This document shows, in pieces, positions 1-8,003 of a DNA stretch of 64,000 bases. Location: positions 6,402 through 70,401 of the forward strand of contig JAGOMJ010000004.1 in NCBI GenBank assembly GCA_017993615.1, in the 5' to 3' direction. The stretch comes from Smithella sp. GTDB lineage: Bacteria; Desulfobacterota; Syntrophia; Syntrophales; Smithellaceae. Made by a program: the position numbers and the translations under genes. The stretch's first letter is position 1; every line of letters begins with the position of its first letter. The notes beneath the pieces are model-generated. The model ran no database searches. It was not told the origin of the DNA and worked only from the letters and a program-made list of their open reading frames with translations.

Positions 1-998
1 GACAACTCATCCAGGAGAACAGGCTGCTGAAGGATGACTTGAGCAAACACGGCATTACTGCAGATAAAATTATTTATCAGAGCCGGCAAATGGCGGAACT
101 TATCAATCTGGCCGGCCGCGTAGCGCCCAGCAAAGCTTCCGTTTTGATTCAGGGCGAAAGCGGCACGGGTAAGGAATTGTTGGCGCGGCTGATTCATCAA
201 TTGAGTCCCCGTGCCGATAAACCGATTATTATTGTGAATTGCGTTGCACTCCATGAAAATCTGCTGGAAAGCGAGCTGTTCGGTCATGAAAAAGGCGCTT
301 TTACCGGAGCGTCCTCGCGCCGCATCGGCCGGTTTGAAGAGGCCGACGGAGGCACGATCTTTTTAGATGAAATAGGGGAGCTGAGCCCGACCATCCAGGT
401 CAAGCTTTTGCGGTTTCTTCAAGAACGTGAATTTCAGCGGCTGGGCAGCAATGTCAATCTCCAGGTTGACGTGCGGTTTATCAGCGCCACCAATCGCGAC
501 CTGGAAATACAAGTGGCAGAGGGAACTTTCCGGGATGATTTATTTTACCGTTTAAAAGTTGTTACGATGTCGCTGCCGCCGCTCAGAGAGCGCAAGGAAG
601 ATTTACCTGTCTTGATTGATTATTTTATCGATAAGTTTGCTAAAGAAAACGGCAAAAACATAAAAGGATTTACGGCTGAAGCCAGGGATTTACTTTTAAA
701 ATATGATTACCCGGGCAATGTTCGGGAATTAGAAAACATTCTGGAGAGGGCTGTCGTCATCGCACGCGAACAATACATTACCACCAATGATCTGCCGTTC
801 AAATCTGATTTCCTGCTTGAAGATTCAGAAAAGAAACCTTTCGGCGCGTTAAAAGACTCTCTGGATGAATTGGAAAAAAAATTAATTATTGAGGCTATGG
901 AAAAAACCCAGAACAATCAGACCCGGGCCGCCGATCTGTTGGGAATATCGGAACGGATGCTGCGATACAAACTCAAGAAATATGGTCTGAAGGGATGA
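1..998 (+). CDS. sigma-54-dependent transcriptional activator (NtrC-family bEBP), 5-prime end cut by window edge
   Basis: Frame is open from base 3 (QLIQENRLLKDDL precedes the listed TTG at 39). Walker A GESGTGKE, sigma-54 contact loop GAFTGA (HEKGAFTGA), Walker B IFLDEIGE, C-terminal Fis-type HTH (QTRAADLLGISERMLRYKLKKYGL). Confidence 0.9.
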   Translation, partial: QLIQENRLLKDDLSKHGITADKIIYQSRQMAELINLAGRVAPSKASVLIQGESGTGKELLARLIHQLSPRADKPIIIVNCVALHENLLESELFGHEKGAFTGASSRRIGRFEEADGGTIFLDEIGELSPTIQVKLLRFLQEREFQRLGSNVNLQVDVRFISATNRDLEIQVAEGTFRDDLFYRLKVVTMSLPPLRERKEDLPVLIDYFIDKFAKENGKNIKGFTAEARDLLLKYDYPGNVRELENILERAVVIAREQYITTNDLPFKSDFLLEDSEKKPFGALKDSLDELEKKLIIEAMEKTQNNQTRAADLLGISERMLRYKLKKYGLKG

Positions 999-1006
999 AA
1001 TGAAGC

Positions 1007-1777
1007 ATGTCAAATACGAACGACCAGAATCTGTCGCAAATAATCATAAAATTGAAACCAAAATTAATATTCCTTTATATTTTTGTGCCAATTTTTTTTT
1101 TAGTCATGGCACATATTCTGGGTCAACTTGCTATTTTTAACATCATTCCATGTTTTCGCGGTTATGATTTATTCTCAGTGTTTTTTAACCTTGATGGAGA
1201 GGCAAATATTCCCACGCTTTACACTATTTTGGAATGGTTCCTTTGTGTCATTTTTCTGGTCTTAATTGCTTTTTTTGAGAGAAACACACAGTCCTCCCGT
1301 TATAGATACTGGTTGGGATTGGCGATAATTTTCAGTTTTCTATTGATCGACGAATTCATTTCCTTTCACGAAATTTCAGATCATATATTAGCTCTGTTTA
1401 ATATAAAGATCGTGCTTTTCCCTACTAATGCATGGGTTCTTATTTACTTAGTTGTTCTTGCACCGATTTCTCTCGTTTATTTACGTTTCATGATTCATTT
1501 GCCTAAAAAAACAAAATATCTGTTTGTTTTTTCCTTTATCATTTTTATGCTGGGTGCCGCAGGAATAGAAGCGCTGGAATTGCGCCATGTGGAGATATAC
1601 GGACAGGATAAATATTATTATCTATATTTTGTTATAGTAGAGGAAACATTGGAAATGATGGGTTTGTTGATATTTATTTATGCTCTGGCATCTTACCTGG
1701 CAAATGAGCTAGGGATATCGCAGATTAAAATACTGCCAGAGAAGATTTCGCACGAATCGACTGATAAATCGGCATAG
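1007..1777 (+). CDS. multi-pass integral membrane protein, unknown family
   Basis: 256-aa ORF starting 8 nt after the activator stop. Many long hydrophobic segments. Visibly AT-rich compared with neighbours. Contains a T10 homopolymer at 1092-1101. No family recognised. Confidence 0.6.
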   Translation: MSNTNDQNLSQIIIKLKPKLIFLYIFVPIFFLVMAHILGQLAIFNIIPCFRGYDLFSVFFNLDGEANIPTLYTILEWFLCVIFLVLIAFFERNTQSSRYRYWLGLAIIFSFLLIDEFISFHEISDHILALFNIKIVLFPTNAWVLIYLVVLAPISLVYLRFMIHLPKKTKYLFVFSFIIFMLGAAGIEALELRHVEIYGQDKYYYLYFVIVEETLEMMGLLIFIYALASYLANELGISQIKILPEKISHESTDKSA

Positions 1778-1993
1778 CCGCTATCCTCATGCCTGCCCTG
1801 CTATCAAGCCCTTGTAACCCCTTGCGTTAAAGATTTATTCTCATACGCGCGTATTGTTCTTGAAATTTTTCAAAAGGATTAGGGGAAGGGCAAAGCCCTC
1901 TGATTATTTTTGCTGATATCTTGTTTTTAAGCGAAACAAAAAACGCCATAAGAAAGCTTTTTCCCCTGAAGAAAAGCTGTGAAAATTCATTGG

Positions 1994-2039
1994 CTAACCA
2001 TAAAAAAGCCGCCTTTTAGGGCGGCTTTTTTATGGTTAG
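1994..2039. terminator. bidirectional intrinsic terminator between convergent genes
   Basis: Perfect 20-bp inverted repeat CTAACCATAAAAAAGCCGCC / GGCGGCTTTTTTATGGTTAG around loop TTTTAG. GC core is flanked by an A6 run on one side and a T6 run on the other. Confidence 0.8.
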
Positions 2040-2052
2040 TTGAGTTGAATGA

Positions 2053-2538
2053 CTAACAAGCTAAACGTTTTTTCATGGCTGTCAGGGCCTGAAAATGCTT
2101 TCTCTCCTCTTCGATAATCTTCTCCAGCGCATCGTGCTGTGCCGCAGGGACCATTTTTTTGATTTCGTGATAATAAAGAATGGAGTCCAGTTCCCTCTGA
2201 ATGGCAAATTCCAGGGCAGATGTGGTATCCGTAACTTTGGCCAACTGTTTATCCATTATTTCCTTGGTGAAGATCAAATTATTATCAACGTACGCACGGA
2301 GATATTCGCCGAATTCCCCCTCATAACTTTCCTGAAGGTTGGATTTTTCCATACCGGCAAAAAGTTTTTCAAATGTTTTCTTATGAGCAACTTCCGCCTG
2401 CGCCAGCCCGGCAAAAAGCTTCTTTTCGTCTTCTTTCTTGGCAATCTGTTCGGCAAATTTATAAAAATTAACGCCGTTTTCTTCAATTCTGATAGCGACT
2501 TCCACGATATCGCTTGCTGCAAAAACACTCATCTTCAT
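2053..2538 (-). CDS. ferritin-like / rubrerythrin-family diiron protein
   Basis: Two ExxH motifs (AEVAHKK and EERKHFQ) in a four-helix-type sequence. I place the start at the internal ATG (MKMSVF) because AGGAGG lies just upstream (GAATCAGGAGGCAATGAAGATG on the minus strand). Confidence 0.7.
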   Translation of the reverse strand: MKMSVFAASDIVEVAIRIEENGVNFYKFAEQIAKKEDEKKLFAGLAQAEVAHKKTFEKLFAGMEKSNLQESYEGEFGEYLRAYVDNNLIFTKEIMDKQLAKVTDTTSALEFAIQRELDSILYYHEIKKMVPAAQHDALEKIIEEERKHFQALTAMKKRLAC

Positions 2539-2603
2539 TGCCTCCTGATTCTTAAATAAATTCTGGGTAAATTTTGCATATTTTATGATTGAATGCAACA
2601 AAA

Positions 2604-3665
2604 TTAAAACCAGTTCTTTTTTCTAAAATATCTCACCATGAACAGTGCGACAAGCAGCATGACGCCTAAAATTCCAAAATACCCCCAGCGCATGTCCAGT
2701 TCGGGCATGTACTTGAAATTCATACCGTATATTCCGGCGATGAATGTCAGGGGCATGAAAATTGTCGCAATGACCGTCAGAATTTTCATAACTTCGTTCA
2801 ACCGGTTGCTGACGGTATCCAGATAAACATCCAGGATACCGGAAAGCATATCCTTGAATGTCTCCACGGTATCGATGATCGCGATGGTGTGATCATAGAT
2901 ATCCTTGAAGTAGACAACCGTTGTTTTGTTAATCAGCGCCGAATCCGACCTCTCCAGTGCGCTGATAGCTTCCCGCAGGGGCCACAGCGATTTGCCCAGC
3001 AGAATCAGTTTTCGTTTGAGCATGTGAATTGCCTGGAGGGATGAGCTATCGGGCTGTCTGATCAGATCGTCTTCGAGAGCTTCAATTTTTTCCTCCAGAT
3101 TTTCCAGAATAACAAAATAATTATCGACAATATTATCCAGCAGGGCGTGGGCAAGATAATCTGTGTTTTCCTTTCGTATTCTGCCCTTGTTCTGACTGAT
3201 TTTTTCCCGGATTGATTTGAAAAGATTGCTTTCTTTTTCCCGAAAAGAGAGAATGAAATTTTTCCCCAGAATGATACTGATCTGCTCGAAAAGCAAACTG
3301 CCGTTTTCCTGATCATGAAAATTTCTGGCCACGAGGTAAATATAGCCTCCGTAATCTTCCATTTTCGGACGCTGAGCCGTATTTAAAATATCTTCGAGAA
3401 CAAGCGGGTGCAACCCGAAAATTCTGCCAATTTCTTCGAATAATTGTATGTCCGTTAATCCGTCAACATTCAGCCAGGTGATGATCTCTTTATCTTTATC
3501 CGCCTGGAAATCCTTCAGGCTTTCCAGGTCCTTTGCTTCAAAAAAACCTTCATTGTATTGCATGAGAGTGATTTTTGATTTTTCGGCATACGGACTGCCG
3601 ATGTGCACCAGACTTCCGGGCGCAAGACCCGTTTTTCTGGATCTTTTGTGATACTTGGACGTCAT
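2604..3665 (-). CDS. corA: CorA-type magnesium/cobalt transporter
   Basis: 353 aa. Signature YGMNF (GMN motif) followed by two C-terminal TM helices. Starts 11 nt after the upstream cdaA-like stop. Confidence 0.9.
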   Translation of the reverse strand: MTSKYHKRSRKTGLAPGSLVHIGSPYAEKSKITLMQYNEGFFEAKDLESLKDFQADKDKEIITWLNVDGLTDIQLFEEIGRIFGLHPLVLEDILNTAQRPKMEDYGGYIYLVARNFHDQENGSLLFEQISIILGKNFILSFREKESNLFKSIREKISQNKGRIRKENTDYLAHALLDNIVDNYFVILENLEEKIEALEDDLIRQPDSSSLQAIHMLKRKLILLGKSLWPLREAISALERSDSALINKTTVVYFKDIYDHTIAIIDTVETFKDMLSGILDVYLDTVSNRLNEVMKILTVIATIFMPLTFIAGIYGMNFKYMPELDMRWGYFGILGVMLLVALFMVRYFRKKNWF

Positions 3666-3676
3666 GTCTGCCTCAT

Positions 3677-5137
3677 TTAAGAAGAAGCCTTTTGTTTCAC
3701 CTTAATCTGCACCCGGGCAGCCGGCGATTGTCCCTCCGGTAAAGCAACACCGATGGGAAGCACGATTTTTGTATCAACCGTTGTCGTGGATAAAATTCTC
3801 TTTAGATCAACCGGTTCCGTTTCTATTTTGATTTGATCCGGATCCGTCTGTGCACTGATCAAAACCCGAACTTTGGACGGCGCTACACTTAACCGCTGCA
3901 GCGAAAGATGATGGGCCAGAGCATTTTGAGTGTTGACATGAACAGGGAATGTCCAGGGAATACGTTTGGAGGCCGTTACGTGAATTTTGGCGGGAACAAT
4001 ATCCGCAATGGTCAGATTGGATGGAACATTAATCATGTCGGCGCTCAGGTTGAATTCGCGTTTTTTGTCGGCGATACCCGATAGATCCAAGGATAATTTC
4101 AAAGAGCGTTCGTCAAGCAGACGAAACGCCTGCTCCGGACCTTTCAGCACGACCCGGGCATCGGTGACCTGCATTTCATCGATCTGCCAGTTGCGCGGAA
4201 TATTTTTGTACTCAATGGGAACAATAAAATCCCGCCGTACAATGTCCCTCTGATAGCCGAACGCCATCCACAAAATACAGGCCATCGCTATTGCAATAAC
4301 TTTTTCCAGTGTGTTTTCTTTAAGCCAGTTCAACGCGGGATGCGATTTTTTCGTCGGCGTGTTGCGGATATAAAACTGTTCCAGCGTTTCATGCAGGACG
4401 GCCGCGCTGGGCACCACCGTAAGATTTTCCATGTAGGCCAGAGAAATGGTCCCTCGTTCTTCGGATACCACAACGCATATGGCGTCGGATCGTTCGGAAA
4501 GACCGAGTGCCGCGGTATGACGCAATCCCAAATTGGAATATTTTGAGGTATTGGCGGAAAGCGGCAGATGACAGCCGAATTGACTGATCCTGTTGTCTTC
4601 TATAATGACGGCCCCGTCATGGCCGACGGAATGCGGATCAAAAATGCTTTCCAGCAGAGCCCCGCTGACCACGCCATCCAGTTTGGTTCCTCCGTTGATG
4701 TGCCTTTCCAGGGGGTCATTGCCCCGCAGAACAATCAAAGCTCCTGTTTTTTTCTTGGCTAGGTTTGCCGCAGTCTGGGCAATGATTTCCGCCGTGCTTT
4801 TCAAGCCGCTGATCTCCGGAAATTTCTTGCCGAGGCTTCCCAGCATCGCCAACCTTTCAAAAAAGCGACGGAGATCTTCCTGAAAAATGACCACCAGAAC
4901 AAAAAGCAGAATAGCAAAAAAGCTCTGCAGAACAATAGTGGTGAGGTAAAGCTGAAAAAAGCGCGCCGCGATATAAACGCCGCCTAACAGTATGATGCCG
5001 ATGAGTACGAAACGGGACGCCCGTGTTTTAAACCAGGTCAAAAGAGCAAAGATCATGATGGCGATGATCATCACATCCAGAACATCCTGCACCCGGATGC
5101 TCTTCACGGCGGATAAAAAGGATTCCAGTAACATCAT
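3677..5137 (-). CDS. cdaA: diadenylate cyclase CdaA fused to YbbR (CdaR-like) repeat domains
   Basis: N-terminal TM helices, then a DAC domain with HDGAVII (DGA motif) and LGLRHTAALGLSERSDAICVVVSEERGTISLA (RHR-type motif, here RHT). The C-terminal ~200 aa read as YbbR-like repeats. Start moved to ATGATG at 5137 (GGGAAG RBS 6-7 nt upstream); the listed 5167 start is a TTG. Confidence 0.85.
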   Translation of the reverse strand: MMLLESFLSAVKSIRVQDVLDVMIIAIMIFALLTWFKTRASRFVLIGIILLGGVYIAARFFQLYLTTIVLQSFFAILLFVLVVIFQEDLRRFFERLAMLGSLGKKFPEISGLKSTAEIIAQTAANLAKKKTGALIVLRGNDPLERHINGGTKLDGVVSGALLESIFDPHSVGHDGAVIIEDNRISQFGCHLPLSANTSKYSNLGLRHTAALGLSERSDAICVVVSEERGTISLAYMENLTVVPSAAVLHETLEQFYIRNTPTKKSHPALNWLKENTLEKVIAIAMACILWMAFGYQRDIVRRDFIVPIEYKNIPRNWQIDEMQVTDARVVLKGPEQAFRLLDERSLKLSLDLSGIADKKREFNLSADMINVPSNLTIADIVPAKIHVTASKRIPWTFPVHVNTQNALAHHLSLQRLSVAPSKVRVLISAQTDPDQIKIETEPVDLKRILSTTTVDTKIVLPIGVALPEGQSPAARVQIKVKQKASS

Positions 5138-5265
5138 AAATTTCTTCCCGATACGCCAATTTTGCAAGGCTTGGAAAACTTATATAAAAATAAACAAACA
5201 CGTGTCAAGCAGGATTAATAATCTTCTGTTGACAATGCCCCCTTTTATCTCATATCTTTGCCGCC

Positions 5266-5457
5266 ATGAAAAAAATACGTCGCAGTCTCAAACCCGCGGG
5301 AGGTTCAACGACCAGAGTAAAACCGCAACGGGAAAATGTTTGGTGCGAAAGATACGGTTATTTTATCGATCTGGATGCGTGCCGCGCCCGTTCCATGCAA
5401 AACAAGGCCTGTCGCCGTTGTTTCCCCTCCCTGATCCAGGTGCCGCTGCCTTTCTGA
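5266..5457 (+). CDS. candidate small basic Cys-rich protein (63 aa), unknown function
   Basis: ORF MKKIRRSLKPAGG...WCERYGYFIDLDACRARSMQNKACRRCF has a basic N-terminus and 4 Cys (C-x12-C-x9-C-x2-C). It lies in the divergent cdaA / trp intergenic region. No clear Shine-Dalgarno. Confidence 0.3.
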   Translation: MKKIRRSLKPAGGSTTRVKPQRENVWCERYGYFIDLDACRARSMQNKACRRCFPSLIQVPLPF

Positions 5458-5580
5458 TGCAAGCTAACAGATTGTTATGCTTTTAAAATTCACAATCCCT
5501 CTCCGCTGCGCTTCGGGGATAATTCGACTTGCGCCTCTAACTTCACTTCGCTCGTTTTCGGCGAGTCTCATTAAAATCTA

Positions 5581-5609
5581 TTGACAAGTCATTTTCTTGC
5601 TGTTATAGG
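5581..5609 (+). promoter_or_regulatory. sigma-70-type promoter of the trp leader/operon
   Basis: TTGACA (5581-5586), 17-nt spacer, TATAGG (5604-5609), about 30 nt upstream of the leader ATG. Confidence 0.6.
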
Positions 5610-5638
5610 AATCCCACATTGAGATTGGAAATTAATTT

Positions 5639-5713
5639 ATGAAAACAACAGTAAAAACCTTAATGCTTAACAACTGGTGGTGGAACCTCAAAGGGAGGGA
5701 TTTCCGCCGCTGA
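5639..5713 (+). CDS. trpL: trp operon leader peptide (24 aa, three consecutive Trp codons)
   Basis: ATG 5639 to TGA 5711-5713 encodes MKTTVKTLMLNNWWWNLKGRDFRR. TGG TGG TGG sits at 5675-5683. Located between the promoter and a terminator hairpin directly upstream of trpE. Confidence 0.75.
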   Translation: MKTTVKTLMLNNWWWNLKGRDFRR

Positions 5714-5732
5714 TCCTTTTTAATTAAAGTCA

Positions 5733-5770
5733 AAGCCGTGGAGTGCCTCCGGGACCTTCACGGCTTTTTT
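5733..5770 (+). terminator. attenuator (intrinsic terminator) of the trp leader
   Basis: Stem AAGCCGTGGAG (5733-5743) / CTTCACGGCTT (5756-5766), 11 bp including one G-U pair, followed by a T6 run (5765-5770). Begins 20 nt after the leader stop codon. Confidence 0.75.
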
Positions 5771-5784
5771 GTATCTACAGATTG

Positions 5785-5809
5785 AAGCCGTGAATAGATT
5801 TCACGGCTT
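5785..5809 (+). promoter_or_regulatory. second hairpin with near-identical arms, immediately before the trpE RBS
   Basis: Perfect 10-bp stem AAGCCGTGAA / TTCACGGCTT with loop TAGAT. Its arms can also pair with the arms of the first hairpin. No strong T-run follows. Confidence 0.5.
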
Positions 5810-5832
5810 TAGTCGTTTTAGGGAGAATTTTT

Positions 5833-7329
5833 ATGTACCAACCGAATTTTGCAGAATTTGAAAAGTTAGCTCAAAAAGGAAATCTGATTCCGGTCTATCG
5901 GGAAATCCTAGCCGATGTGGAAACGCCTGTTTCCGTTTTAATGAAACTTCGGAAAAAAGACCATGTATTCCTTCTGGAAAGCGTCGAGGGCGGCGAGAAA
6001 TGGGGATGCTATTCGTTTTTGGGAACGGACGCCAGCGTGGTTTTCAGAGTCCAGGGCGATAGAGTTATCATTGATGAAAAAGGAAATGTGACAACCCGCC
6101 ACCATCATGGCGGTCCTTTGAATTTTCTCCGTGAGTTGCTGAACCGCTATAAACCGGTGGCGCTTCCCGGCCTGCCGCGTTTTTACGGCGGCGCGGTAGG
6201 GTATCTGGGTTATGAGATGGTGCGCTATTTCGAAGAACTTCCACCCAGTCCGCCGGATGATCTGAATCTGGATGATGCTGTTTTTATCATCAGCGATTCC
6301 CTGATGATTTTCGACAACGTGCGTCACACCATAAAAGTTGTTGCCTGCACTTTTACTGAAGATGAGGAATCGCTTGAAGCAGGCTACGCAGCATCATGCC
6401 GGAAAATTGAAGAAATGATTGAAATCATTTCAGCATCCGCATCGCACAAGATAGCCGCAGCAACAGAAGGTGACGTCAATTTTCAATCCAATATGACCTG
6501 TCACCAGTATAAAGACGCCATTGAAAAAGCCAAGGAATATATTGCGGCGGGCGACATCATTCAGGTCGTGCTGTCTCAGCGTTTCGAAACCGAATATTTA
6601 AACAGCTCCATTGATTTGTACCGCGCACTGCGTTTCATCAATCCGTCGCCGTACCTTTTCTTTTTGAAGATGGACGATCTGACGCTGATTGGCTCTTCAC
6701 CCGAGGTGATGGTCCGCAAAGAGGACGATACCATGGAGTTGCGCCCGATTGCCGGGACAAGGCCGCGTGGCAGAACGGAACAGGAAGACCGCGCGCTGTC
6801 CGATGAACTGCTGTCCGATGAGAAAGAGCGTGCGGAGCATGTCATGCTGGTGGATCTGGGACGCAACGATCTGGGACGCGTGGCGCAAACCGGCAGTGTT
6901 CAGGTCAATCAATTCATGATGGTGGAGAAATATTCGCACGTCATGCATCTGGTTTCCAATGTGCGCGCGCAGTTGACCAAAGGCAAAGATGCTTTCGACG
7001 TTCTTTCAGCAACCTTTCCGGCAGGCACCCTAACCGGTGCACCGAAAGTGCGAGCGATGCAAATCATCAGCGAACTGGAGAAAGTCAAACGGGGACCTTA
7101 CGGCGGAGCCGTCGGTTACTTCAGTTTCAGCGGCAATATGGATTTCTGCATTACCATCAGAACAATGATTCTGAAAAACGGCAGAATTTACGTTCAGGCC
7201 GGAGCGGGCATTGTGTATGATTCCATCCCCGAATCGGAACATCAGGAATCGCTCAACAAAGCCCGCGGGATGCTGCAGGCCATAAAGCTTGCAGCAGGAG
7301 GATTTGAAATCAGTACCAATCAGGCATGA
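5833..7329 (+). CDS. trpE: anthranilate synthase component I
   Basis: 498 aa. LESVEGGEKWGCYSF N-terminal motif and chorismate-binding C-terminal region (GAGIVYDSIPESE). GGGAG RBS 7 nt upstream. Confidence 0.95.
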   Translation: MYQPNFAEFEKLAQKGNLIPVYREILADVETPVSVLMKLRKKDHVFLLESVEGGEKWGCYSFLGTDASVVFRVQGDRVIIDEKGNVTTRHHHGGPLNFLRELLNRYKPVALPGLPRFYGGAVGYLGYEMVRYFEELPPSPPDDLNLDDAVFIISDSLMIFDNVRHTIKVVACTFTEDEESLEAGYAASCRKIEEMIEIISASASHKIAAATEGDVNFQSNMTCHQYKDAIEKAKEYIAAGDIIQVVLSQRFETEYLNSSIDLYRALRFINPSPYLFFLKMDDLTLIGSSPEVMVRKEDDTMELRPIAGTRPRGRTEQEDRALSDELLSDEKERAEHVMLVDLGRNDLGRVAQTGSVQVNQFMMVEKYSHVMHLVSNVRAQLTKGKDAFDVLSATFPAGTLTGAPKVRAMQIISELEKVKRGPYGGAVGYFSFSGNMDFCITIRTMILKNGRIYVQAGAGIVYDSIPESEHQESLNKARGMLQAIKLAAGGFEISTNQA

Positions 7330-7418
7330 TTAGCATAAGACCATGTAAGCTTTCAAAAATTCATATCTTAATATTTGAAAGCAATTTGGTTTAAAAACGG
7401 CCGGCAGGAGAAATAAAT

Positions 7419-7988
7419 ATGATTTTAATGATCGATAATTACGATTCCTTTACATTCAACATCGTTCAGTATCTGGAACAGATGGGCGAAAAAGTGAACA
7501 CTTATCGCAATGACAAAATAAAAACGGATGACATCAGGCGTCTTCAGCCGAGAGCGATTTTTCTTTCGCCCGGTCCCTGTTCGCCCGCCGAGGCGGGAGT
7601 AACGGTTGAGGTTATACGGAAATTTTATCAGGACGTTCCCATCATGGGCATCTGCCTGGGACATCAGTCCATCGGTTACGCGTTCGGCGCCACAGTATCG
7701 CGCGCCGGAAGAATCATGCACGGGAAAATATCTCATGTAAAACACGACGGTCAAACTATCTTTGCCGGACTGCCCAATCCTTTCCCCGCCGGGCGGTATC
7801 ATTCCCTGATTGTCTATCCGGAAACGCTGCCTGACTGTCTGGAAATCAGCGCACTGACGGACGAAGGCGAGATCATGGGATTACGGCACAAAAAATATCC
7901 GGTGGAAGGCATTCAGTTCCATCCGGAATCCGTTCTGACACCGCAAGGAAAACGCATCATCAGAAATTTTTTAATATATACGAAATAA
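7419..7988 (+). CDS. trpG: anthranilate synthase component II (glutamine amidotransferase)
   Basis: 189 aa class-I GATase. Catalytic Cys in GICLGHQ, and HPES near the C-terminus. Confidence 0.95.
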   Translation: MILMIDNYDSFTFNIVQYLEQMGEKVNTYRNDKIKTDDIRRLQPRAIFLSPGPCSPAEAGVTVEVIRKFYQDVPIMGICLGHQSIGYAFGATVSRAGRIMHGKISHVKHDGQTIFAGLPNPFPAGRYHSLIVYPETLPDCLEISALTDEGEIMGLRHKKYPVEGIQFHPESVLTPQGKRIIRNFLIYTK

Positions 7989-8003
7989 TAAGGAGCGACG
8001 ATC

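Noticed and set aside
4992-5486. 164-aa plus-strand ORF spanning the cdaA start region and the intergenic gap
   Set aside because: Its first half is antisense to the cdaA N-terminus and it has no motifs. The nested 63-aa ORF (5266-5457, in a different frame) is the only part I consider even a weak candidate.
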